Shown piece after piece: positions 55,948-64,000 of a stretch of DNA of 64,000 nt. The position numbers were made by a program, and so were the translations under genes. This stretch comes from an uncultured Gemmatimonadales bacterium (GTDB lineage Bacteria; Gemmatimonadota; Gemmatimonadetes; Gemmatimonadales; GWC2-71-9). The stretch covers positions 96,001 to 160,000 of the forward strand of contig CAVYSW010000006.1 in the NCBI GenBank assembly GCA_963771275.1, written 5' to 3'. Under the pieces are notes generated by a model. That model made no database searches and was not told the origin of the DNA. It saw only the letters and a list, made by a program, of their open reading frames with translations. Position 1 is the first letter of the stretch. Every line of letters begins with the position of its first letter.

Positions 55948-58119
55948 ATGCGCAGCCTGCTGGTTGTTCTCGCCCTGTCCCTGGTCGCGGCTCCGCTCGC
56001 GGCCCAGGGGTGGATCGAACCGCGCCCCGGGATCGCCCGGTTTGGCGTCGTCAAGGTCCGCACGGCCGTGTCGGTCCGCGTCGCGGGCCGGATCGCACGC
56101 GTGGAAGTCGAGGAGTGGTTTGAGAATCGCGGCGGCGGACTCGGCGAAGGGGACTATCTCTATCCGCTGCCGGGCGAGGCCGTCTTCAGCAACTTCTCCC
56201 TGTTCCAGGGCGAGGACGAGCTCCGCGGCGAGACGATGGACGCCGACAAGGCGCGCGCGATCTATGAAGAGATCGTGCGGCGGAAGCGCGATCCGGCGCT
56301 GATCGAGCTCGCCGGGCACGGTTTGATCCGCGCCCGCGTGTTTCCGATCAACCCCGGCGAGACGCGCAAGATCACGCTGCGCTACAGCCAGGTGCTGGCG
56401 CGCGCCGGCGACGCGCTGCAGTTCCGCTACGCCGCCGGCGGCCGGACCGGCGGTTCCGTGCCGGCGCCCGACGGGCGGGCGGGGCCACAGGTCCAGCGCG
56501 AGGCGGCGCCGCTCGCGTTCGTGCTCACGGCCGACAGTGCGGCCCAGTTCCGGGATCCGTTCTCGCCGACGCACGACGTCACGGTCCTTCGGCGCGACGG
56601 TCGGCTCACGGTACGGCCGGCGGCCGAGCTCACGGGCGATTTCGCCCTGTTCCTGCCGCTCGCGCGCGGGGCCGTCGGGCTCACCCTGGTGACGCACCGG
56701 CCGGATGGCGAGGCGGGCTATTTCATGCTCACGCTGTCCCCGGCGGCCGCCGCGGGCGAAACCACGCCGCGCGACATCACGGTCGTGACGGACGTCTCGG
56801 GGTCGATGTCCGGGCAGAAGATCGAGCAGGCCCGGGCCGCGCTGCGCCAGCTGCTCGCCAGCCTGCGGCCGAGCGACCGGTTCCGGTTGGTGAGCTTCAG
56901 CTCGACCGTGCATGGCTACCGCGACGGGTGGACGGTGGCGACGGCCGACGCGGTGCGCGAGGCGGTCCGCTGGGTCGACGACCTTCAGGCGGACGGCGGC
57001 ACCAACATGGCCGGCGCACTGGCTGAGGCGTTCCGGTCGGTGACACCCGAGGGCCGTCTGCCGATCGTGCTGTTCCTCACGGACGGCCTGCCGTCGGTCG
57101 GCGAGCAGAATCCCGAGCGGATCGCCGCGCAGGCGGAAGCCGATCGGGGCCGAGCGCGGGTGTTCGCGTTCGGGATCGGCTACGACGTGAACACGTACCT
57201 GCTGGACCGGCTGTCGGCCGCGGGGCGTGGGGCCACGGCGTACGTCGAGCCGCAGGAGGATGTCGAGCGCGCGGTGGGAACGCTCGTGGCCAAGATCCAG
57301 CACCCCGTGCTGACCGACCTGGCGCTGGGCGGCGACGCGCGGCTCACCGAGGTGTACCCCGCGCGGCTGCCCGACCTGTTCGCCGGCGAAGAGCTGGTGA
57401 TCTTCGGGCGCTACACGGCGAGCGAGGAGTCGGCCGCTGTGACGGTCACGGGCCGGCGGAACGGGCGAGCCGAGCGCTACGGCGTGACCGCGCCGTTCGC
57501 GGCCCGCGCGTCCGCCAACGACTTCATCCCGCGGCTCTGGGCGGCGCGCAAGATCGGCGTGCTGCAGCAGGCCGTGCGTCTCAACGGGCCCAATGCGGAG
57601 CTGGTGGAGGAGATCCGGCGCACGGCGCTGCGCTACGGGCTGTTGAGCGAGTACACGGCGTATCTGGTGCAGGACCCCAGCGTCGTCGCCGGACGAGGCG
57701 CCGTGGGCGGTGTGAACGCCCCCGCGCCCACGAGCGGGGTCGTGGCGGTCCGCGCCGCGGAATTCGACCGGGCGCGGCGGGAAGCGAAGAGCGCCGCGCA
57801 GCTCAACGCGGCCGACTCCGTGATGTTCGCGCGGCGGGACCTGGGGCAGGCTCAGCGGGTCGGTGGCCGGGTGTTCGTCGACAAGCAAGGCGTGTGGACC
57901 GACCTGCTGCTCAGGGATTCCCTGCCGGGCGTGACGATCGAGCCGTTCAGCCCCGCGTACTTCGAGCTGCTGCGGCGGCTGCCGGAGCTCGGCTCCATCG
58001 TGCAGCGATTCGACCGGGTGGTGGTGGCGGGCGAGCGGGTGAACATCCGCTTCGCCCCGGGCGGCACGACCGACGCCGCGCAGGTGCCGAGCGTGGTCCG
58101 GCGGTTCCGCGCCTCGTAG
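55948..58119 (+). CDS. VIT + von Willebrand A domain protein
   Basis: RDPALIE, RVFPI; MIDAS DVSGSM, GGTN, LTDG; RLWAARKI. Confidence 0.88.
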   Translation: MRSLLVVLALSLVAAPLAAQGWIEPRPGIARFGVVKVRTAVSVRVAGRIARVEVEEWFENRGGGLGEGDYLYPLPGEAVFSNFSLFQGEDELRGETMDADKARAIYEEIVRRKRDPALIELAGHGLIRARVFPINPGETRKITLRYSQVLARAGDALQFRYAAGGRTGGSVPAPDGRAGPQVQREAAPLAFVLTADSAAQFRDPFSPTHDVTVLRRDGRLTVRPAAELTGDFALFLPLARGAVGLTLVTHRPDGEAGYFMLTLSPAAAAGETTPRDITVVTDVSGSMSGQKIEQARAALRQLLASLRPSDRFRLVSFSSTVHGYRDGWTVATADAVREAVRWVDDLQADGGTNMAGALAEAFRSVTPEGRLPIVLFLTDGLPSVGEQNPERIAAQAEADRGRARVFAFGIGYDVNTYLLDRLSAAGRGATAYVEPQEDVERAVGTLVAKIQHPVLTDLALGGDARLTEVYPARLPDLFAGEELVIFGRYTASEESAAVTVTGRRNGRAERYGVTAPFAARASANDFIPRLWAARKIGVLQQAVRLNGPNAELVEEIRRTALRYGLLSEYTAYLVQDPSVVAGRGAVGGVNAPAPTSGVVAVRAAEFDRARREAKSAAQLNAADSVMFARRDLGQAQRVGGRVFVDKQGVWTDLLLRDSLPGVTIEPFSPAYFELLRRLPELGSIVQRFDRVVVAGERVNIRFAPGGTTDAAQVPSVVRRFRAS

Positions 58120-58128
58120 ATTGCACGC

Positions 58129-58632
58129 GTGCCGACCGACTGGTCCGCGGTGTACCGCAGCACGTTCCCGGCTCTGGTGCGCTTCCTGTACCGCAAGGTG
58201 TGGGAAGCGGACCGGGCCCAGGACCTCGCGCAGGAGGTGTTCGTGCGCGCGCTCGATCACGATCCGGAGAACCCGCGGGCCTGGCTGTTCACCGTGGCCG
58301 CGAACCTCGCGCGGGACGAGGCGCGGACGGCGGTGCGGCGGAGACGGCACCTCGAGCTGATCAAGAGCGAGCCGCTCACGACGCCGGCCCCGTCGCCCGA
58401 CGAGGAGCTCGAGGCACGCGAGCGGTTGGAGCGGGTGCAGGCGGCGCTGGCCGGGCTCAGCGAGCGCGACCGCGAGGTCCTGCTGCTATGGGACGCGGGG
58501 CTCGACTATGACGAGATCGCGGCGCAGACCGGACTCGCCCGCGGCGCGATCGGCACCACACTGGCGCGGGCGCGCAAGCGGCTGGTGGACGCGCATGACG
58601 CGCTGGAGGGACACGATGCCGCACTTGGATGA
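58129..58632 (+). CDS. ECF RNA polymerase sigma factor
   Basis: AQDLAQEVF, AWLFTVAANLARD, LSERDREVLL..YDEIA. Confidence 0.92.
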   Translation: MPTDWSAVYRSTFPALVRFLYRKVWEADRAQDLAQEVFVRALDHDPENPRAWLFTVAANLARDEARTAVRRRRHLELIKSEPLTTPAPSPDEELEARERLERVQAALAGLSERDREVLLLWDAGLDYDEIAAQTGLARGAIGTTLARARKRLVDAHDALEGHDAALG

Positions 58633-59668
58633 CGGGCAGATCGCGGAGTGGATCGACGCCGCAGACCGGCCGCACGGCGAGACCGCGCACGGTGAGGTCG
58701 CAGATCACCTGCGGCAGTGCATCGTGTGTCGGGAGCGGGTGGAGGAGGCGCGCCGCATCGCGGAGCGGGCGCGGACGATCCTCGGCGTCGCCACACCGGC
58801 GGTGAGCACCGTCCCGCCGTTCGAGGTCGTGCTGGCGCGCGCCGGCCGCACGCCCGCGCGACGGGGCATGAATCCCACGTGGCGTTGGCTCGCGTGGGCG
58901 GCGACGGTCGTGATCGCCGGCGGGCTGGGATGGTACGTGCGGGGCGAGCGGCTCAAGCCGTCAATCCGCAACGCGGCTTCGCCGGTCAGCGTGGCGGCCA
59001 GCGACTCCGCCGCTCCGCTCGCTGCGGCTCCACTGGACCACGGTGGCGTGGGCCCGGTGGGCGGCGTCGCGCAGGAGCCCCCGGGGGCTCAGGGGGCCGC
59101 CGCCGAGCAGGCGCCGGCCCGGCAGGAAGCGAAACAGGCGCGGGCGGACCTGCCAGCCGGCGCCGCCACCAAGGCAGCGCCACAGGAGGCCGACCAGGCG
59201 CTGCGCGACACCGCGGCAGGCAAGGTGGCGGCCGGCATCGTGGCCGCTCCTCCCGCCGTCGCCGCGCCGAGCCCGAGCCGCAACGCCGTCGAGCCGGTGG
59301 CCGCCGAAGAGCGAGCTGCCGAGTGGCGCATGATCACGCGCGACGCCGCCGAGCGCGTCCTGGGGGGGCCCGTGGCAACGGTGCCGGGCCTGCCAGTCGA
59401 GCGCTATGAGCTGCTGATTCGAGAGGCGGTGGTGCGTGTCGTCCAGCTCCTGCCCTCGGGCTCGCATCTGGAGCTGCTCGAGGCCCCTGCCCCCAAGGCC
59501 GAGCCAGCGGCCGCGTACGCGGGACGCGAACGTGAGCCCGGGCGCGCGGCCCTCCGGTCGGCCGTCGCGGCGCAGGACACCGTGACGCTCGATGGCGTGC
59601 GGGTCACGGTGCGCGCGGCCGTGGCGCTCGACTCGCTCAAGGTGCTGCTCGGGAAGGTCAGGCGCTGA
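58616..59668 (+). CDS. Zinc-binding (ZAS/zf-HC2) anti-sigma factor
   Basis: HL..HLRQCIVC, one TM (WLAWAATVVIAGGLGW), periplasmic tail. Confidence 0.8.
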   Translation: MPHLDDGQIAEWIDAADRPHGETAHGEVADHLRQCIVCRERVEEARRIAERARTILGVATPAVSTVPPFEVVLARAGRTPARRGMNPTWRWLAWAATVVIAGGLGWYVRGERLKPSIRNAASPVSVAASDSAAPLAAAPLDHGGVGPVGGVAQEPPGAQGAAAEQAPARQEAKQARADLPAGAATKAAPQEADQALRDTAAGKVAAGIVAAPPAVAAPSPSRNAVEPVAAEERAAEWRMITRDAAERVLGGPVATVPGLPVERYELLIREAVVRVVQLLPSGSHLELLEAPAPKAEPAAAYAGREREPGRAALRSAVAAQDTVTLDGVRVTVRAAVALDSLKVLLGKVRR

Positions 59669-59711
59669 GGGACGTCCGCGTTCGCCCGGCGGAGCGTGAC
59701 GATCGAAGTCG

Positions 59712-60737
59712 CTACCCCCCCACTCGCCGCAGTCGGATCAACTCCGCCATGACCGCGATCCCGATCTCGCCCGGCGTGTCCGCGCCGATGTCCTCGCCGA
59801 TTGGGACCTTGACGCGCTCGAGCGCCGCGCGCGGGACGCCCGCCGCCTCCAGCGCCTTCCAGATCACGGCCTGCTTGCGCCGGCTGCCGAGCATGCCCAC
59901 ATAGCGCGCCGGTGACGCGGCGGTGCGCTCGACCACGATGGCATCCATCGCGTGGCCGCGCGTGCAGGCGATCACGTAGTCGTCTCCGTCGACCACCAGG
60001 CCATCGAGTGTCGTGCGCAGGTCGGCAGCGACCACCTCGGCCGCCGTCGGGAAGCGCTCGCGATTGGCGAACTCCTCGCGGTCGTCCACCACCACTACGT
60101 GGAAGTCGGTCCCGGCCGCCGCGCGCGCGATCTCGGCGGCGACGTGGCCGGCCCCGAACAGAATCAGCCGCGGGACGCGCGGGAGGGGCTCGATGAACAG
60201 GCCCGCTTCCGGGTCGACGTTGGGCGCGGCGGCGGCGGCGGCGGAGGCGGCGGAGGCGGCAGGGATAGACCAGTTGCCGATGCTGCGCACCTCACCTTCG
60301 CCGTGCAACGCCTTGCGCGGGCCCGCCGTCCAGTCCAGGGCGGTAACCACCGCGGCGCGGCGGCGCCGATCGATTGCGTCGGCGACGGCACCATAGAGCG
60401 CGGCGGCCTCCGGGCCGGCCACCACGGGCTCGAGGAACAGCTCGACCGTCCCGCCGCACGAGAGGCCAAGATCGCCGGCGATGTCGGCGTTGAGCGTGTG
60501 GCGCACGAGGGTAGGCCGTCCGGAGGCGATCACGGCGAGGGCCTGGGCGGTGACATCCGCCTCGAGACACCCGCCCCCGATGGTTCCCAGACGCGCACCG
60601 TCATCGCTCACGAGCAGCTTGGCGTCCGACGCCATGGGCAACGATCCGCGGCGCCGCGCGACCGTGGCGAGCGCCGCGGCCGCCCCCGCGGCGGCCGCGC
60701 GGGCGGCGGCGCGCCACAGCACCGCGCGCTCACTCAT
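59712..60737 (-). CDS. xdhC: XdhC/CoxI family molybdenum cofactor chaperone
   Basis: GTIGGGCLE, GLSCGG, FGAGHV, DDREEFAN, TRGH, YVGMLGS, PIG. Confidence 0.88.
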   Translation of the reverse strand: MSERAVLWRAAARAAAAGAAAALATVARRRGSLPMASDAKLLVSDDGARLGTIGGGCLEADVTAQALAVIASGRPTLVRHTLNADIAGDLGLSCGGTVELFLEPVVAGPEAAALYGAVADAIDRRRRAAVVTALDWTAGPRKALHGEGEVRSIGNWSIPAASAASAAAAAAPNVDPEAGLFIEPLPRVPRLILFGAGHVAAEIARAAAGTDFHVVVVDDREEFANRERFPTAAEVVAADLRTTLDGLVVDGDDYVIACTRGHAMDAIVVERTAASPARYVGMLGSRRKQAVIWKALEAAGVPRAALERVKVPIGEDIGADTPGEIGIAVMAELIRLRRVGG

Positions 60738-61087
60738 GGGGCGGGGAGCTCCTGCAGGCGGGCCACCGCCCGGCGCAGATGGGGAATCACGATCGACCCG
60801 CCGACCACGAGCGCCACCGAGCAGGCGTCGTAGAGCTCATCATCCGTGACGCCCTCCTCGCGGCACCGCACGAGGTGATACGTGACGCAGTCGTCGCAGC
60901 GCAGCACCATCGACGCGACCAGGCCGAGCAGCTCCTTGGTCTTCGCGTCCAGCGCGCCGGCCTCGTAGGTTCGCGCATCCAGCGCGAAGAAGCGCTTGAT
61001 GCCGAGGTGCCCCGCGTTGAGGATCGCCTCGTTCAGCTTCTCGCGAAAATGCCGGAACTCTGCGAGCGTCTCGTGATGTTCGGCCAT
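60734..61087 (-). CDS. Carboxymuconolactone decarboxylase/AhpD family
   Basis: LDAKTKELLGLVAS..RCDDCVTYH. Confidence 0.88.
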   Translation of the reverse strand: MAEHHETLAEFRHFREKLNEAILNAGHLGIKRFFALDARTYEAGALDAKTKELLGLVASMVLRCDDCVTYHLVRCREEGVTDDELYDACSVALVVGGSIVIPHLRRAVARLQELPAP

Positions 61088-61150
61088 GCCGGGTCTCCTG
61101 GTGGAGCGACCCCCATGCCCGTGGCGCGGCGGCGAGGGGCCGGGTGGTGA

Positions 61151-62404
61151 TCAGTGATGCGACAGCTCCACCGCTTCCTCCGCCAGCCGCGGGCTCACCA
61201 TGGGGAACGCGCGGGCGAACAGGCCGTAGGCCAGCAGGAACAGCCCGAGGAAGCCGAGGCTGATGCCGATCTCGGGCACACCGAGCTGCGGCGCGGCGAC
61301 CAGCGACGGCTGGACCTGGAGGAACCGCTCCAGCCACATGCCGATGGTGCTGATCGCGGCGAACAGCGTGAAGGTGAGCGGCGACACCTTGGCCCGGACC
61401 CAGATCAGCCCCCAGAACGGCACCACGAACACGAGGATGAGGACCAGCACGGCCACGGGCTGCCAGCTGCTCCACATGCGGTAGAACACCCACGACGTCT
61501 CTTCGGGGAGGTTGCCGTACCAGATCACGATCAGCTGGCTGTAGGTGAGGTAGGCCCAGAAGATCGTGAACCCGAAGATCATCTTGCCGAGATCGTGGAA
61601 CTGCTGGCGCCCAATGAGCGCGTGCAGCCCGAGCCGGCCGCGCCAGTAGACCGTCATCAGCGCGAGCATCGTGAGCCCGGTGAGGAACGCCCCCATGAAG
61701 TAGTAGGCGCCGAACAGGGTGCTGTGCCACGACAGCGCCAGGGACATGATGAGGTCGAACGCCAGCAGGGAGAACAAGTATGCGTACAGCAGGCAGAGCA
61801 GCGGCGCCAGCCGGTTGATCCGCCGGGCGAGCGTTTCGACCTGCTCGGGCGTGCCGGTGTAGTCCCCCACGATGCCGTCATACAGGCGGCGGCGCCACCC
61901 GGTCGTCTGCTGGCGCACGGCGGCCACGTCCGGCTTGAGCTCGTGCCACACGAACGCCCCCGCGACGCCCGAGACCACCAGCAGGCTCACGAGGTCGCGC
62001 CAGAAGACCCACGGCACGGTGAGCCATTGCCCGCGCACCGGGGTGGGATGGGCGATCCACGGGAACACCTGGTCGCGGCCGAGGAACAGGACCAGGAACA
62101 GCACGAGCGCCACCGGCAGGAAGGCGACGCCCGCCTCCGCGAACCGGATGATCGAGCCGGCCCAGGTTCCCTTGGTGATCTTCTGGGTCGCCGCGAAGAT
62201 CACGGACCCCGCCGCGACCCCGGTGAAGAACAGGAAGTCCACGAGGAACATGCGCCACGCGCGGGCCGGGTCGTCCCCCAGCGCCAGCACGACGAACAGC
62301 CCGATCCCGGCCACGGTGAGGGCCCCGCCGAGGGCGAGCAGGCCGGTCGTGGGGGCGCGCGCCGCGCGCCGGTAGGCGTCCTGACGCACGGGTGTCCCGC
62401 TCAT
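61151..62404 (-). CDS. actF: Alternative complex III subunit F
   Basis: FDLIMSL..WHSTLFG, HDLGK, FWAYL.YSQ..IWYGNLPEE. Confidence 0.85.
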   Translation of the reverse strand: MSGTPVRQDAYRRAARAPTTGLLALGGALTVAGIGLFVVLALGDDPARAWRMFLVDFLFFTGVAAGSVIFAATQKITKGTWAGSIIRFAEAGVAFLPVALVLFLVLFLGRDQVFPWIAHPTPVRGQWLTVPWVFWRDLVSLLVVSGVAGAFVWHELKPDVAAVRQQTTGWRRRLYDGIVGDYTGTPEQVETLARRINRLAPLLCLLYAYLFSLLAFDLIMSLALSWHSTLFGAYYFMGAFLTGLTMLALMTVYWRGRLGLHALIGRQQFHDLGKMIFGFTIFWAYLTYSQLIVIWYGNLPEETSWVFYRMWSSWQPVAVLVLILVFVVPFWGLIWVRAKVSPLTFTLFAAISTIGMWLERFLQVQPSLVAAPQLGVPEIGISLGFLGLFLLAYGLFARAFPMVSPRLAEEAVELSHH

Positions 62405-62958
62405 CGGGCCCCCTGCAGGAGCCGTACGTAGTGCACCACGTCCCACCGATCGTCGCCGAGGATGCGGTCACCGTAGGCGGGCATGATGCCCCGCCCGTGG
62501 CGGATGATCGCGTGGAGGTAGCCGTCCGTGTAGCGCTTCGCCTGATCGGTGAGCAGGCTGGGCGCCACGAGCAGCTTGGCGTTCACCGGGCCGTCTCCGG
62601 CCCCCTTCTCCCCGTGACATGGCAGACAGTAGGTGTCGAACCTCCGCTTTCCCACGTCGAGCGACGCCGCCGTCCGCTGCACCGGGTTCCGCACCGCGTC
62701 GATCGCGGCGAGGTTGGCGGGAATCACCGGCAGCGGCGGCTCGCTCCCCGTGACGGGGATGGAGCCCGCGACCGGCGGGCGTGGCGTCGGCCACTTGTAC
62801 GGCTGGATGGCGAGCCCCCGATGCATGGTGGCAAACCACGGCACGGCGGCGACCGCATCGTCCGGGCCGGGCAGGCGGCGCATCCACTCCGGCCAGTTTT
62901 CGGCCGAGCAGGCGCCGAGCAGGACCACCAAGGCGAGGACGACGGCGCTACGCTTCAA
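62401..62958 (-). CDS. actE: Alternative complex III monoheme cytochrome c lipoprotein
   Basis: Lipobox LGAC; CLPCH; GRGIMPAY..DRW. Confidence 0.85.
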   Translation of the reverse strand: MKRSAVVLALVVLLGACSAENWPEWMRRLPGPDDAVAAVPWFATMHRGLAIQPYKWPTPRPPVAGSIPVTGSEPPLPVIPANLAAIDAVRNPVQRTAASLDVGKRRFDTYCLPCHGEKGAGDGPVNAKLLVAPSLLTDQAKRYTDGYLHAIIRHGRGIMPAYGDRILGDDRWDVVHYVRLLQGAR

Positions 62959-63454
62959 TCCGCACCTCCTCCGCCCCCGAGGCCTGAAGCAGCTGCTGGA
63001 CGGCGCCCCGCCGTTCCGGAGCGCACGGCACGAAGACGCCGATGTGGTCGTCGGTGAAGCGCGGGTCGAACGCGGCCGCCCGCCGGCCCCGCACCGCGTG
63101 CACGATCAGGCCGGTGATGGTTGCCAGCGCGCCGCACAGGATCGTCAGCTCGAACATGATCACGATGTACGGGATCACCGAGGGGATCGGCTTCCCTCCA
63201 ACCACGATGGGGTAGTCGACGGACATCCACATCGTCATCAGGAGGCCCAGGCCGAAGCCGGTGAGCCCGCCCAGCAGGGTCCACAACCGGACCGGGCTGG
63301 CCTTGCGGCCGAGCGCGTTGGCGATCTCCTGGTTCGGCACCGGCGTGTAGGCCGTGACGTCCGCGAAGCCGCTGGCGCGCAGATCGCGGATCGCCTGGGC
63401 CGCGTCGTCCACGTGGCGGAACGCGGCGAGGACCCCCCCCGGATGGCCGCTCAT
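62948..63454 (-). CDS. actD: Alternative complex III subunit D (DUF3341)
   Basis: AYTPVP, DYPIVVGGKP, FELTIL, DPRFTDD. Confidence 0.88.
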   Translation of the reverse strand: MSGHPGGVLAAFRHVDDAAQAIRDLRASGFADVTAYTPVPNQEIANALGRKASPVRLWTLLGGLTGFGLGLLMTMWMSVDYPIVVGGKPIPSVIPYIVIMFELTILCGALATITGLIVHAVRGRRAAAFDPRFTDDHIGVFVPCAPERRGAVQQLLQASGAEEVRIEA

Positions 63455-63999
63455 GCCTGCCCTCCCCGCCGCCGCGGCCACGGGATGATCTCCTTCACCT
63501 CGGTGATGGAGACCGTTGGGAAGTTCTTGGCGAACAGCAGGAACCACATGGAGAACCAGGCGAAGCTCCCCGCGAGGATCGTCCAGTCCACCCAGGTCGG
63601 CGTGTAGCGGCCCATCGCATACGGCTCGTACTCGTGCGACAGCGACACCACGATGATGACGAAGCGCTCGAACCACATGCCGAGATTGACGAACAGCGAC
63701 AGCACGAACAGCGCGGGAATGCTCCGCCGGACCTTCTCGAACCAGAGGAGCCAGGGCAGGACGCCGTTGCACACGATCATCGTCCACGTCGCCCACCAGT
63801 AGGGCCCGAACGCGCGATTCCAGAACGCCTCGCGCTCGACGGGATTGCCGCCGTACCACGCGATGAAGTACTCGATCGCGTAGGCATAGGCGACGATCAT
63901 CCCCGTGAGCAGCATCAGCTTCGCGAGGTTCTCGAAATGGATGACCGTGACGTAGCGCTCCAGGCGGAACACCTTGCGCAGCGGGACCGTGAGCGTGAT
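63451..63999 (-). CDS. actC: Alternative complex III subunit C (NrfD/PsrC family), 5' end outside the window
   Basis: EYFIAWYGGN, GPYWW, VNLGMWFERFVIIV, Y.PTWVD. Confidence 0.9.
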   Translation of the reverse strand: MTLTVPLRKVFRLERYVTVIHFENLAKLMLLTGMIVAYAYAIEYFIAWYGGNPVEREAFWNRAFGPYWWATWTMIVCNGVLPWLLWFEKVRRSIPALFVLSLFVNLGMWFERFVIIVVSLSHEYEPYAMGRYTPTWVDWTILAGSFAWFSMWFLLFAKNFPTVSITEVKEIIPWPRRRGGQA

Positions 64000-64000
64000 G

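Noticed and set aside
60225..60262. GCG-rich repeat in xdhC, and Gly-rich repeats at 8060-8170
   Set aside because: In-frame low-complexity Ala or Gly linkers, not independent elements.

Overview
GC-rich bacterial chromosomal segment; gene content and style suggest Gemmatimonadota, which is an inference only. In order it contains: a PgsA/PIP-synthase-like CDP-alcohol phosphotransferase; a non-PTS peptidoglycan-recycling cluster (namZ, nagZ, amiE-like, SSS transporter, MurK/BadF kinase); a TonB x3/ExbB/ExbD x2 cluster; two-component genes; a TonB-dependent receptor; and sodA-crp-broken sodC. An ~8.1 kb satellite-like element is integrated at tRNA-Ala(TGC). It has 43-bp att repeats, integrase arm sites, a tyrosine integrase, an excisionase, TerS-like and T4 gp9/gp10-like genes, a solitary integron attC-like site in front of an ApeA-like HEPN gene, and DUF6941-hicA-hicB. 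Further on are gdhA followed by two atypical PPDK_N dikinase-like proteins (one fused to a nucleotidyltransferase), peptidases, a four-gene sphingolipid operon (spt, bCerS-like, CerR-like, Aur1/IPC-synthase-like), a VIT-vWA/ECF/anti-sigma module, and the distal part of an alternative complex III operon (actCDEF). Several single-base frameshifts probably reflect read or assembly errors. All calls come from motif recognition by eye; no database search was run.
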